The notes under the pieces: model-generated | The model's input: the letters and a program-made list of their open reading frames with translations, nothing else | What the model was told of the DNA's origin: nothing | Database searches by the model: none | Program-made: the position numbers and the translations under genes | Shown: positions 1 through 10,780 of the stretch, piece after piece | How positions within the stretch are numbered: position 1 is the stretch's first letter | Layout: each line of letters starts with the position of its first letter | Source: Myxococcales bacterium | GTDB lineage: Bacteria; Myxococcota_A; Polyangia; Nannocystales; Nannocystaceae | Assembly (NCBI GenBank): GCA_020633315.1 | Contig: JACKDV010000004.1 | Coordinates: 384,071-448,070 of the forward strand | Reading direction: 5' to 3' | DNA: 64,000 bases

Positions 1-1416
1 ACCGACGCCTATCGGGTGCCGTTCCAGTTCCGGCGACGCGTGCAGGAGTCGCTGCGGGTGGGCAACCTGGTGAGTGCCTCGCGCGGCGTGCAGCTGTGCG
101 ACCTCGACGGGAACTGGTCCTACGACCTGAGCGGCTCCTACGGGGTCAACGTGTTCGGCTACGACTTCTACAAGGAGTGCATCGAGGCCGGCGCGGAGCG
201 AGCGCGCGAGCTCGGGCCGGTGCTGGGCCCGTACCACCCCGTCATCGCCGACAACGCGCGACGACTCGCGGCCATCTCGGGCCTCGACGAGGTGTCGTTC
301 CACATGTCGGGAACGGAGGCGGTGATGCAGGCAGTCCGCCTCGCTCGGTACCACACGCGGCGGCGCTACCTGGTCCGCTTCTGCGGGGCGTACCACGGCT
401 GGTGGGACGGCGTGCAGCCGGGCATCGGCAACTCCCGCCCCACGGCCGACGTGTACACCCTCGAGGAGATGAGCGAGGCCACGCTGCGCGTGCTCCGGAC
501 CCGCAAGGACATCGCCTGCGTGCTCGTCAATCCGCTCCAGGCCCTGCACCCCAACGGCAACGCGCCGGGCGACGGCATGCTGGTCAACAGCAGCCGTCGC
601 GCCCACTACGACAAGCACGCCTACGCCCGGTGGCTGGGGCAGCTGCGTCGGGTCTGCACGGAGCGAGGCATCGTGCTCATCCTCGACGAGGTGTTCCTGG
701 GCTTCCGGGTGGCCCACGGCGGCGTGCAGGAGTACTTCGGGGTCGAGGCCGACATGGTGACCTACGGCAAGACCCTCGGCGGCGGCCTGCCGGTGGGCGT
801 GGTCTGCGGGCGAGCCGAGCTGATGAGGCGCCATCGCGACGATCGGCCGACCGACATCTGCTTCGCGCGGGGAACGTTCAACTCGCACCCCTATGTGATG
901 ACCACGATGAACGAGCTCCTGCGTCGAGTCGAGGAGCCGGCGCGCGCCCGCACCTACGAGGACCTCGAGCTGCGCTGGGAGCGACGCGCTCGCGTGCTCA
1001 ACGATCGCCTGCTCGAGCAGGGGCTGCCCGTTCGCTTCGAGAGCATGCTGTCGGTGTGGACCACGCTCTACGACCAGCCGAGCGCCTACAACTGGATGTT
1101 CCAGTACTACCTGCGGGCGCAGGGGCTGGCCCTGTCGTGGGTCGGCAGCGGGCGCCTGATCTTCAGCCACGACTACGGCGACGAGGACTTCGAGGCCGTG
1201 TGCGATCGCATCGTGGCCGCCGCGGAGGCGATGCGCGACGACGGCTGGTGGTGGCGCGGGCCCGAGCTGAGCGACGCCTCGATCAACCGGGAGATCCTGC
1301 GCCGGCTCGTGCGAGCGAGGCTCGGGTGGAGCCGGCCCATCGCGGCCGCCCCGGCCGTGCGGCGGGCCCGGCATCGTGACCACGCCCCGCCGTCCGTTCC
1401 CCCCGACCCACGCTGA
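1..1416 (+). CDS. Aminotransferase class III, glutamate-1-semialdehyde 2,1-aminomutase-like. 5'-truncated at the window edge.
   Basis: The frame is open from base 1. 'YGKTLGGGLPVG' matches the PLP-lysine motif of GSA-aminomutase/class-III aminotransferases. 'ILDEVF.GFR' fold motifs are present. High GC3. Confidence 0.8.
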   Translation, partial: TDAYRVPFQFRRRVQESLRVGNLVSASRGVQLCDLDGNWSYDLSGSYGVNVFGYDFYKECIEAGAERARELGPVLGPYHPVIADNARRLAAISGLDEVSFHMSGTEAVMQAVRLARYHTRRRYLVRFCGAYHGWWDGVQPGIGNSRPTADVYTLEEMSEATLRVLRTRKDIACVLVNPLQALHPNGNAPGDGMLVNSSRRAHYDKHAYARWLGQLRRVCTERGIVLILDEVFLGFRVAHGGVQEYFGVEADMVTYGKTLGGGLPVGVVCGRAELMRRHRDDRPTDICFARGTFNSHPYVMTTMNELLRRVEEPARARTYEDLELRWERRARVLNDRLLEQGLPVRFESMLSVWTTLYDQPSAYNWMFQYYLRAQGLALSWVGSGRLIFSHDYGDEDFEAVCDRIVAAAEAMRDDGWWWRGPELSDASINREILRRLVRARLGWSRPIAAAPAVRRARHRDHAPPSVPPDPR

Positions 1417-1470
1417 GCTCGCGGGCGCGACCCACCGCCCGAGCCTCTCCCTCACCCGATCGAGCGAACG

Positions 1471-2076
1471 ATGCGATTCTCCGAAGCCCTCCGAGAGCAG
1501 CGATGGGACGACCATCGCTTCTACCACCACAGCCGGATCAACCAGTCGCTGCACATGCTCAGCGCCTGCTGCTTCTTGGCCTCCTACGTGATGATCTTCG
1601 TCGATCCGGTCGTGGCCGTGATGCTCGGCTGGACCCTCGCGATGATCTCACGACAGATCGGGCACTTCTTCTTCGAGCCGAAGGGCTACGACGAGGTCAA
1701 CGGAGCGACGCACGAGCACAAGGAGGCCATCAAGGTGGGCTACAACCTGCGCCGCAAGACGATGCTGCTGTCGGTCTGGGGCCTGAGCCTGATCGCGCTG
1801 GTGCTCGACCCCACCCTGCTCGGCCTACTGCCGGCGCCGACCTCCACCTACGCCTTCCTCACCAACCTCTCCATCCTGTGGGCCATGGTGGCCGCGGGGG
1901 CGATGGTGGTCCGCACCGTGCACCTGTTCTTCCTCCAGGGCGTACAGGCGGGCCTGGTGTGGTTCGTGAAGATCCTGACCGATCCGTTCCACGACCTGAA
2001 GATCTACTACAAGTCGCCGCTCCACCTGCTGCGCGGCGAGAAGCTCGATCCGATGGAGCCCTGGCCCGCGGCGTAG
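1471..2076 (+). CDS. Mpo1-like (DUF962) small membrane protein, putative Fe(II)-dependent dioxygenase family.
   Basis: N-terminal 'FYHHSRINQSLH' His cluster followed by 3-4 hydrophobic helices, as in the DUF962/Mpo1 family. Sits 55 nt after the aminotransferase stop. High GC3. Confidence 0.55.
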   Translation: MRFSEALREQRWDDHRFYHHSRINQSLHMLSACCFLASYVMIFVDPVVAVMLGWTLAMISRQIGHFFFEPKGYDEVNGATHEHKEAIKVGYNLRRKTMLLSVWGLSLIALVLDPTLLGLLPAPTSTYAFLTNLSILWAMVAAGAMVVRTVHLFFLQGVQAGLVWFVKILTDPFHDLKIYYKSPLHLLRGEKLDPMEPWPAA

Positions 2077-2092
2077 CCCGCGGGTCGGCGGC

Positions 2093-3178
2093 TCACTTGC
2101 AGGTCTCGTCGCGCGGCGGGCACTTGAAGCGCACGTGGATGTGGTCGTCGTGCTTGGGCACGTGCTGCACCAGGCGCTCCTTGGCGTACTTGCCGTCGGG
2201 ATACTGGAAGATCGGCTTGAGGGCGGCGCGCGAGAGGCCGGACTTGCGCGCGACCTCGTAGAGCTTCCCTTGCAGCTCGTAGTCCAGGAAGATCCGCTCC
2301 GGTCCGCTCGAGGTCTTCGACGCCTTCACCAGCGCATGCACCAGCGTCCAGGTGGCCCCGGCATCGAGCTCGCCGTCGCGCGCCTTGACGAACTCCTCGG
2401 GGTAGCCCGGCGGCACCTTGCGGAAGTAGAGGCCGAGGTCCACGTCGCGGCCGCTCTGGTGCGAGCCGTGCCCGGGCAGGGTGCCGCCGCTGGCCGCCGA
2501 GATGTCACCGATGGCCAGGCGGTGCACCCCGGGGTGCGTGCGGTTGACCTCGGCGATCGCCCGACGCACGTGGTCGATCACGTGCTGGGCTCCCCACACC
2601 CAGTCGGGTCGGCGCCGGTAGTACTGCGGGCTGTGCGGGAGCTTGGCTCCATCGACCAGCGTGCCGCGCTGGGGACGCCCACGGCTCTGCCCCGCCACCA
2701 CGTGGATGGAGATCTCCTCGGTCCCGCCGCCGATCCGCAGGCGCTGTCCCGGGAGGATCACGTCGCCCGTCAGCTCGTTGAGCGCACGGAGCTCCGACAC
2801 CGTGGTGTGATGCTGGGCCGCGATGCCCGAGAGGGTGTCGCCGGCCTTCACCACGTGCTCCAGCGCCTTGGCCGGGGCCTTGCCCTTGGCCTTGCCCGAG
2901 CAGCGGGGAATCTGGAGCCGCGTGCCCACCAGCAGGGGACCCTCGTCCAGCCCGTTGGCCCGGCGCAGATCGTCCACGCGGCAGCCGTGCTCGTGAGCGA
3001 TGCTCCACAGGGAATCGCCTGAGACCACGGTGTAACGAGCGCCCCCGCGGGGGCCGGCCTGGGCCGGCGAGGCGCCGAGGACCAGCATGCCCAGGGCGAG
3101 GCCGGCGAGCAGGCCATCCCCGCGAACAGCGCGAGCTCGGTTCGGCATACGCGTCACCATCGTGGCGAGTCTCTGCAT
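2093..3178 (-). CDS. mepA: Secreted LysM-domain murein endopeptidase: two LysM repeats plus a MepA-like peptidase M74 domain.
   Basis: Signal peptide 'MPNRARAV..LGASPAQAG'. Two LysM units ('YTVVSGDSLWSIA..', 'HVVKAGDTLSGIA..'). C-terminal 'GHGSHQSGRDVDLGLYF' and 'HDDHIHVRFKCP' match the MepA metal-binding motifs ('HDYHFHVRLKCP' in E. coli). The track's 844-aa ORF is over-extended and was trimmed to Met at 3178. Confidence 0.8.
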   Translation of the reverse strand: MQRLATMVTRMPNRARAVRGDGLLAGLALGMLVLGASPAQAGPRGGARYTVVSGDSLWSIAHEHGCRVDDLRRANGLDEGPLLVGTRLQIPRCSGKAKGKAPAKALEHVVKAGDTLSGIAAQHHTTVSELRALNELTGDVILPGQRLRIGGGTEEISIHVVAGQSRGRPQRGTLVDGAKLPHSPQYYRRRPDWVWGAQHVIDHVRRAIAEVNRTHPGVHRLAIGDISAASGGTLPGHGSHQSGRDVDLGLYFRKVPPGYPEEFVKARDGELDAGATWTLVHALVKASKTSSGPERIFLDYELQGKLYEVARKSGLSRAALKPIFQYPDGKYAKERLVQHVPKHDDHIHVRFKCPPRDETCK

Positions 3179-3283
3179 ACCGTGAGCACGGAGGCAAGAA
3201 ATCGAGGGATCCCGCCGTGGCCCCCATGCGAGGTCGGGGGTATGGTGGGCACAGAGCGTTGCCCATTGGTGGCGCCCCTTGCG

Positions 3284-4234
3284 ATGAAGGCTCGGCTCAC
3301 CCCCGTCTTGCTCCTCGTCGTTGCGTGCACGGAGACCCCCGAGGGCTCCGACCTCACGCTCGCGACCACCACCATGCCACCACCCGAGACCAGCGCGGGC
3401 GACACGAGCTCGACCTCCGGGGAGGGCACCACGAGCGAGGCCTCGGGCGGCGGCACCACGGCCGACTCCACCGCCGACGAGACCGGCAACACGCCCAAGC
3501 TCGACGTGGCCTCGCCCGAGACCGGCGAGCCTCCCATGGAGATCGCCGAGGTCTTCGGCCACAGCGGCAACGTGCTCTACCGCCTCGACCCCGACACCAA
3601 CGAGGTGAACGAGGTGGGCCCCTTCGTGGGCTGCGACCCCGGCTCGGTCATCGACATCGCCCTCGACGCCGACTCCCGCATGTTCGGCACCGGCTACAGC
3701 CGGCTGTGGTCGATCGATCGCATGACCGCCCAGTGCACCGAGATCGCCCAGGGCAGCTACCCCACCTCGCTGTCGTTCGTCCCGGCCGGCACCGTGGACC
3801 TGGCCGTGGAGGCGCTGGTCGGCTTCGACGACGCCGACTACATCCGCATCGACACCACCACCGGCCAGATCACCACCCTGGGCACGCTGCCGGGGGGGCT
3901 CGTCTCCAGCGGCGACATGGTCTCGGTGATCGGCGGCAGCAGCTACCTCACCGTGCGCGGCCCCGGCTGCGACACCACCGACTGCATCGTGGAGATCGAT
4001 CCCGTCGACGGCTCGGTGATCCAGAATTTCGGGCCCCTGCCCTATGACCAGGTGTTCGGCCTCGCGTTCTGGGCCGGCCGCGCCTATGGCTTCGCCCGCG
4101 AGGGCGTGCTGTTCGAGATCGACTTCATGGGCGGCAACGTGGTGACCAACCCGATCCCGATCCCGGGCGCCCCCGCCAACCTCGAGTGGTTCGGCGCCGG
4201 CTCGACCACCTCGGCCCCGCCCGTGGCCGGCTAG
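3284..4234 (+). CDS. Hypothetical lipoprotein.
   Basis: 'MKARLTPVLLLVVAC' signal plus lipobox, then a Thr/Ser/Gly/Glu-rich linker and a structured C-terminal domain. Consistent high GC3. Confidence 0.6.
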   Translation: MKARLTPVLLLVVACTETPEGSDLTLATTTMPPPETSAGDTSSTSGEGTTSEASGGGTTADSTADETGNTPKLDVASPETGEPPMEIAEVFGHSGNVLYRLDPDTNEVNEVGPFVGCDPGSVIDIALDADSRMFGTGYSRLWSIDRMTAQCTEIAQGSYPTSLSFVPAGTVDLAVEALVGFDDADYIRIDTTTGQITTLGTLPGGLVSSGDMVSVIGGSSYLTVRGPGCDTTDCIVEIDPVDGSVIQNFGPLPYDQVFGLAFWAGRAYGFAREGVLFEIDFMGGNVVTNPIPIPGAPANLEWFGAGSTTSAPPVAG

Positions 4235-4277
4235 GCCGGTCTGCCCGCACCGCCCCCGGGGCCCGCGGCGGCGTCCG

Positions 4278-4982
4278 ATGGTATATCGCCCGGCCATGAC
4301 CCGCGGCCCCGCCCTCGTCGCAGCATCGCTCCTGTTCGTGACCGCCTGCGGCGACGACGGCTCGTCGGCCACCGATGGCCCCGGCCCCACCTCGGGCCCG
4401 GCGAGCACCAGCGGCAGCGCCACCGACGGAGGGGAGACCGACCCCAGCGGCCCGAGCTCCGACGACCCCTCCCTCACCGACTCGGGCTCGGACGCCGCGA
4501 CCTCGGCCCCGCCCACCGGCGACGACACCGGCAGCGCCGACACCAGCCCGGTGGAGCCGGGCGGCGGCACCATCGACGTCACCCTCGACGGCTGCGCCAT
4601 CGACTTCGGCGGCACCGTGGTGGTCACCTACAACGGCTCGCTGGGCGTGGCCTCGGTCTACGACGGCGGCGCCACCCTCAGCGGGAGCTTCCAATTCGAC
4701 CTGAGCGGGACCGGCACCATGGAGCTGTCCTCGCAGCACCGCGTGGACACGGGCAACGTGATCAACATGGTGGAGCTGAGCGCCGGCACCTGGACCAACC
4801 TCGACGCCGACGCGCTCACCGGCGGGATCGACCGCATCGGCGGCACGCTGGTGGTCTCGGCCTGGGACCCCGCCCAGGGCGTGGCCGACCTCGAGCTCCA
4901 GGGCGTCTCGCTGCTCAACGTGGTCGACGGCTCGGTCTGCACCATCGACGGGACCATCGTCACCGAGGAGCTGTACCCGTAG
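4278..4982 (+). CDS. Hypothetical lipoprotein.
   Basis: 'MTRGPALVAASLLFVTAC' signal plus lipobox, an Asp/Ser/Gly-rich linker and a C-terminal domain. An alternative start lies at 4296. Confidence 0.55.
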   Translation: MVYRPAMTRGPALVAASLLFVTACGDDGSSATDGPGPTSGPASTSGSATDGGETDPSGPSSDDPSLTDSGSDAATSAPPTGDDTGSADTSPVEPGGGTIDVTLDGCAIDFGGTVVVTYNGSLGVASVYDGGATLSGSFQFDLSGTGTMELSSQHRVDTGNVINMVELSAGTWTNLDADALTGGIDRIGGTLVVSAWDPAQGVADLELQGVSLLNVVDGSVCTIDGTIVTEELYP

Positions 4983-4988
4983 GCTCGC

Positions 4989-6332
4989 CTACGCGGCCAC
5001 CTCCTGCGTGGGCTCGAGCTCGCCCGACACCCCGCCGAAGCAGCGCGCGTACCAGCGGTTGAGGAACACCCCGTGCGGATCGAAGGCCGCCCGGGTGGCC
5101 TCCCACTGCCGCCACCGCGGGTGCCTTCGCGCGGGCCGGCGATCGCTCGCGGGGATCACCTTGGCCCAGTGCGCCCGCGCCTCGTACGAGTAGGCCAGCC
5201 GCACCAGGGCGTCCACCACCGGGGCCGCGGCTACCGCATCGAACACGTTGAGGTTGAGCCACGCCGTCTCCCGCCCGTCGTTGGGCGCCAGTGCCATGTC
5301 GATCGCGGGGCTGAAGCGCACCTGCACCTCGATCGCCGCGCTGCGTCGATCCTCCTGCATCAGGGCGATCGCCTCGCGCAGGCAGGCCGCGGCGCGGGCC
5401 CGCGGCAGCGCCAGCTCGATCTCGTCGTGCGGCGGCGCGAAGCCCCGCGAGTCGTAGGTGAGCCCGCGGTACCAGGGCGAGACCCGCGAGGGTCGCTCCG
5501 AGGCCTCCACGTAGGCGTGCCCCAGCACCTCCCACACCCGGGTGCTCAGCGCGGTCGGCATGCGCGAGGCCGGGTAGGCGGCCACCGTCCGGTTCACCGC
5601 CCACAGCCGCGTGGCCTCGATCGATTGCCGCAGCCGATCGCGCCACGACGGCGGGCCGGGCTCCACGTCCCACTGCCCCACCAGCGCCCGCGGCACCGAG
5701 CCGGCCCAGCGCAGGTCCACGAGATCGTGCCGCTCGAGCGCCGCCAGGGCCCGCTCGACCGCCTCCTCGCGGGGCACCGCGTGCTTGTGCTGCCGCACGA
5801 AGAAGAACGGGCGGCACTGCAGGGTGAGCTCGGTGATGATCCCGAACAGGCCCAGGGTCACCTGGCGCAGGGCGGCGCCCTCGAGCACCCGCGGCTCGCC
5901 GCGGCCGTCGACGAGGCGCATGCGCACCACCGACTCGGGCAGGGTCTGGCGGTAGCGTCCGCTGGTGCCGTGGGTCGCGGTGCTGGTGACTCCGGCCACC
6001 GTCTGCTCCATCCAGGCCCCGATGTTGGGCAGCGCCAGGCCGAAGCGCTCGAGCACCCGTACCAGCCGGTGGAGCGGCATCCCGCCCTGCACCGTGATCT
6101 GCATGCGCTCGCGGTCCACCTGCAGCACCCGGTGGAAGCGCGAGAGCTCGATCATCAGGTCGTCGGTGGTCCAGATTCGACCGAAGCTGTGGCGCGCTCC
6201 CACCACCTTCACCCGTCGTCCCTCGCGAGCGGCCCGCCGAACCAGGCGACACAGCTCGGGCTCGCTGGTGGGACGCAGGATCTCGGCCGGGCTCGCCCAC
6301 ACGCGGCCGCACCAGTTGGCGATACGTGGCAT
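4989..6332 (-). CDS. FAD-linked oxidase, D-arabinono-1,4-lactone / L-gulonolactone oxidase family.
   Basis: N-terminal FAD-binding PCMH region 'VKVVGARHSF', 'TVQGGMPLHRLVRVLERFGLALPNIG', plus an ALO-like C-terminal domain. The start was trimmed to 'MPRIANWCGRVW'. Confidence 0.8.
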   Translation of the reverse strand: MPRIANWCGRVWASPAEILRPTSEPELCRLVRRAAREGRRVKVVGARHSFGRIWTTDDLMIELSRFHRVLQVDRERMQITVQGGMPLHRLVRVLERFGLALPNIGAWMEQTVAGVTSTATHGTSGRYRQTLPESVVRMRLVDGRGEPRVLEGAALRQVTLGLFGIITELTLQCRPFFFVRQHKHAVPREEAVERALAALERHDLVDLRWAGSVPRALVGQWDVEPGPPSWRDRLRQSIEATRLWAVNRTVAAYPASRMPTALSTRVWEVLGHAYVEASERPSRVSPWYRGLTYDSRGFAPPHDEIELALPRARAAACLREAIALMQEDRRSAAIEVQVRFSPAIDMALAPNDGRETAWLNLNVFDAVAAAPVVDALVRLAYSYEARAHWAKVIPASDRRPARRHPRWRQWEATRAAFDPHGVFLNRWYARCFGGVSGELEPTQEVAA

Positions 6333-6496
6333 GCCTCGACCGACCAGGCCGGGCCCGTTTCGATCACTCCCCGGGTACGGCTCCACGAGCGAGCGCGCCG
6401 CCGTGGGACCCCCCCCCACGTCTCGCCTCCATCGCCAGGCCGCGCGGGCTCGGCGGATCGACGCCGAGGTGTCGTCCCGACGCCCGAGCTCCCGGC

Positions 6497-7426
6497 TCAC
6501 ACGGCACCGTGGGCGATCGCCTGGGCCACCGTCTCGGCCTGGATCTCGGGGTAGCGCGCGTTGAGGACGGGGCCGAGCAGCGCCTTGCCCCCGTACATCC
6601 CGCGGGCATACATCAGCGGCAGCCAGGCCATCATGTTGCGGGGCTCGGCCGCCATGCGCCGCTCGATCTCCTGGGCCAGCTCCTCGAGCGAGCCGAGGCG
6701 CTCGCGGGTCACCGTCCGGCCATGCGCCTGCTCCCAGGTCCGGGCGAAGGTGAGGATGTCCATGCGATCGCCCCGCACGTACAGCCTCTCGGGCACGGGC
6801 CGCTCGTCGAGCGCGGCCGCGGCGGTGAAGCGAGCCGTGTCCTCCCAGGTGGTCCAGTCGATCGGCGTGGTGCCGTCGCCCCAGTAGCGCACCACCCCGC
6901 GCTCGGCGTCGAGCGCCCCCAGGAAGCCGAGCACGAAGGCATCGGCGAAGATCCCCTGCATCACGTGCACCACCTCGAACGCGTCGCCCGGCTCCGGGCG
7001 CGCCTGCACGGCGAAGGCACGGCGCCAGTCGGAGTTGAGGTTGACGCCCTCGGGTAACGAGAAGAAGTCGAAGGAGTAGGCCGAGGCGATGAAGCGGCGG
7101 GCGCCCGCCCGCTTGGCCGCGCGCATCAGCGAGAGCTGGGCGTCGACGATCACCTCGGGGCCGCCCTGCAGGGCAGAGACCACCGAGTACGCCCCGCGCA
7201 CGACCTCGGCTCGGGCCTCGTCGCTGGCCGCGACCGCATCGAAGCCGGCGAGCTCCACCCCCTCGCGCACCAGCCCCTCGACCTTGGGATCATCGGGGTC
7301 GCGCACGAGCGCCCGCACGGTGACCCCGGGGTGCGCGAGCAGGGAATCGACGAGGAGACGGCCGAGGCGACCGGTGGCTCCGGCCACCACCACCAGCGTG
7401 TCGGAAGGACTGGACGAGCGCTTCAT
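6497..7426 (-). CDS. NmrA-like NAD(P)-binding oxidoreductase (atypical SDR).
   Basis: 'VVVAGATGRLGRLLV' Rossmann motif and the NmrA/isoflavone-reductase-like layout. Its stop overlaps the downstream FAD-oxidase start, so the two form an operon. Confidence 0.75.
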   Translation of the reverse strand: MKRSSSPSDTLVVVAGATGRLGRLLVDSLLAHPGVTVRALVRDPDDPKVEGLVREGVELAGFDAVAASDEARAEVVRGAYSVVSALQGGPEVIVDAQLSLMRAAKRAGARRFIASAYSFDFFSLPEGVNLNSDWRRAFAVQARPEPGDAFEVVHVMQGIFADAFVLGFLGALDAERGVVRYWGDGTTPIDWTTWEDTARFTAAAALDERPVPERLYVRGDRMDILTFARTWEQAHGRTVTRERLGSLEELAQEIERRMAAEPRNMMAWLPLMYARGMYGGKALLGPVLNARYPEIQAETVAQAIAHGAV

Positions 7427-7452
7427 GTCGTCGAGCGTGCGCCCTGCGATCG

Positions 7453-7466
7453 GTGATGACAATCAC
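7453..7466. promoter_or_regulatory. Dyad-symmetric GTGAT-N4-ATCAC site, a candidate LysR box in the divergent promoter region.
   Basis: Perfect inverted repeat 'gtgatgacaatcac' in the 70-nt region between the divergently transcribed LysR gene and the NmrA/FAD-oxidase operon. Confidence 0.35.
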
Positions 7467-7496
7467 TCCAAATCCGAACAGACTGTCAGACTCAGC

Positions 7497-8429
7497 ATGA
7501 CGATCTCGATTCCCCCGGCCGACATGCTCCTGTTCGCCACCGTGGTGCGCGAGGGCAGCTTCACCCGCGCCGCGCAGCAGCTGGGCGTGACCAAGCAGAC
7601 CGTCAGCGAGCGCATCGCTCGGCTGGAGGAGCGACTGGGAGTGCGGCTGCTCGAGCGCACCACCCGGCGCCTGCGTCCCACCGAGCCGGGCACGCTGTAC
7701 TACGAGCGCTGCTCGGCCATCGCCGTGCAGATCGACGAGGCCAACGCGGAGGTGCGGCGCCGCCAGGCCGAGCCGGTGGGGAGCCTGCGCGTGTCTGCCC
7801 CGGTGCTCTACGGCCGGCGCTACCTCGCGCCGGTGGTGGCCGAGTTCCTGTGCGCGCACCCCAAGACCCGGGTGGAGCTGCTGCTCGCCGACCGCCGCGT
7901 GGACCTCATCGAGGAGGGCTTCGACGTGGCCATCCGCATCGGCACGATGGACGACTCCTCGCTGACGGCGCGCAAGCTCGGCGAGGGCCACGTGTACTGC
8001 GTGGCGAGCCCGGGCTTCCTGGCCGAGCACGGCCGCCCCACCCTCCGCTCGCTGCGTGGGCTCCGCTGCGTGGGGCTCCGGCCCGTCGAGACCTGGGAGC
8101 TCGGCGGCACCCGGCACAAGATGGAGCCGGTGCTGGTGGTCAACGACTTCGAGGTGGCCTGCGACGCCGCGATCGCGGGCGTGGGCGTGGCGCTGCTGCC
8201 CTCGATCGTGTGCCGCCACGCGGTGGCCGACGGCCGGCTACGGGTGGTGCTCGGTCCGCAGCCGGCGTTCGTGCTCCCCGTGGTCGCGCTCTACCCGAGC
8301 CGCCGGCACCTCCCGGCCAAGGTCCGCCTGTTCGTCGATGCGCTCGCGACCATGATCGAGCCGATGCAGCCGCTCGGCCTCCGACCGGCCGCCTCGCGCC
8401 GCCGCTCGAGCAAGCGGGCCCCTCGCTAG
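7497..8429 (+). CDS. LysR-family transcriptional regulator.
   Basis: N-terminal wHTH 'LLFATVVREGSFTRAAQQLGVTKQTVSERIARLEERLGVRLLER' plus a LysR substrate-binding domain. Divergent from its likely target operon. Confidence 0.85.
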   Translation: MTISIPPADMLLFATVVREGSFTRAAQQLGVTKQTVSERIARLEERLGVRLLERTTRRLRPTEPGTLYYERCSAIAVQIDEANAEVRRRQAEPVGSLRVSAPVLYGRRYLAPVVAEFLCAHPKTRVELLLADRRVDLIEEGFDVAIRIGTMDDSSLTARKLGEGHVYCVASPGFLAEHGRPTLRSLRGLRCVGLRPVETWELGGTRHKMEPVLVVNDFEVACDAAIAGVGVALLPSIVCRHAVADGRLRVVLGPQPAFVLPVVALYPSRRHLPAKVRLFVDALATMIEPMQPLGLRPAASRRRSSKRAPR

Positions 8430-8755
8430 GGCCCGGCCTCGCGGGCGCGGCTCATCGCGCCCAGGGCCGCCTCCCACTCGTCCTGCCCGCCGGCGATCCG
8501 GGTCAGCGAGCGCTCGAGCGCCGCCGCGGCCTCGCCCACCTCCACGTAGCCATACGAGCCCGCGGTGCCGGCCAGGCGGTGGGCGGCTCCCACCGCCTCC
8601 GCCAGCACTCCCGCGCTGGGCTCTTGGTGGGCCCGCTCCACCAGCCCCGAGAGCTCTCCCAGCCGGTCGCGCAGTCGCTCGGCGAAGCGCTCGCGCAGCA
8701 TCCCCAGCTTGGCCCGGGCTCGATCTCGTTCGTCGCCGTACCCCACCACGTTCAT
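8426..8755 (-). CDS. Stand-alone Hpt (histidine phosphotransfer) domain protein.
   Basis: 'AAHRLAGTAGSYGY' matches the Hpt 'HxLKGsaxxxG' motif. An 'agggag' RBS lies 7 nt upstream. The start codon overlaps the receiver gene's stop (ATGA). Confidence 0.7.
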   Translation of the reverse strand: MNVVGYGDERDRARAKLGMLRERFAERLRDRLGELSGLVERAHQEPSAGVLAEAVGAAHRLAGTAGSYGYVEVGEAAAALERSLTRIAGGQDEWEAALGAMSRAREAGP

Positions 8756-9135
8756 CTCGTTCTCCCTGCGATCGCACGCAGCTCGTCCGCGAGGGCCATG
8801 GGGTCGAAGGGCTTGGCGATCACTCCGATCGCCCCCAGATCCAGGTAGCGCTGGATCTCCTGCCGCTGCACCTTGGCCGTCACGAACACCACTGGAATCG
8901 CCGAGCTCGCCTCCTGCTCGCGCAGCCGCCGAAAGGTGGTGGGCCCGTCCATGTGCGGCATCATCACGTCGAGCAGGATCACGTCGGGTCGCTCGCGGGC
9001 CGCGACCTCCAGCGCCTGCTCACCGCTCGCGGCCAGCACCACCTGCAGCCCCCCCACGTCGCGGAGCGCCATCTCTCCGATCACGCGGATGTCCTCGTCG
9101 TCGTCGACGAGCAGGACCGTGCGAATCTCGGTCAT
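8752..9135 (-). CDS. Single-domain response regulator (CheY-like receiver).
   Basis: 'VLLVDDDEDIR', 'ILLDVMMPHMDG', 'PVVFVTAK'. A GGAGG RBS lies directly upstream of the ATG at 9135. Confidence 0.8.
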   Translation of the reverse strand: MTEIRTVLLVDDDEDIRVIGEMALRDVGGLQVVLAASGEQALEVAARERPDVILLDVMMPHMDGPTTFRRLREQEASSAIPVVFVTAKVQRQEIQRYLDLGAIGVIAKPFDPMALADELRAIAGRTR

Positions 9136-9272
9136 CCTCCCGCCTCCACTGCAGCATCCGGGCCAAGTAGGGTATCCCGGACCATTCGCCGCCGCATCGA
9201 GCCCTCCGTCCACCAGCGGTGTGGGTCATCCCGCAACACCGGGGAACTATGCCCCAGCCCGTGGCACGATGC

Positions 9273-10643
<1,371 letters not shown>

Positions 10644-10780
10644 CGGCTCAGCTCCTCCCCGAGGGTGCTGGGGGTCATACCACGGCCGAGCCGGGGTTGC
10701 CCCGGCGTCGGTTCTCAAATGGCCTCGCCCGCTGTAGCCTTGGGCCACGACGGGCTCCGTCGCGATTCACCCCAGCTCCC

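Noticed and set aside
96-1379. 427-aa plus-strand ORF overlapping the aminotransferase in another frame.
   Set aside because: Arg/Pro/Gly-rich with no motifs. The +1 frame of a gene that has a clear PLP motif in the other frame.
5073-6554. 493-aa plus ORF and 4960..6312 minus ORF over the FAD-oxidase locus.
   Set aside because: Antisense or off-frame to a gene with FAD-binding motifs. Translation is Arg/Gly/Pro/His low complexity.
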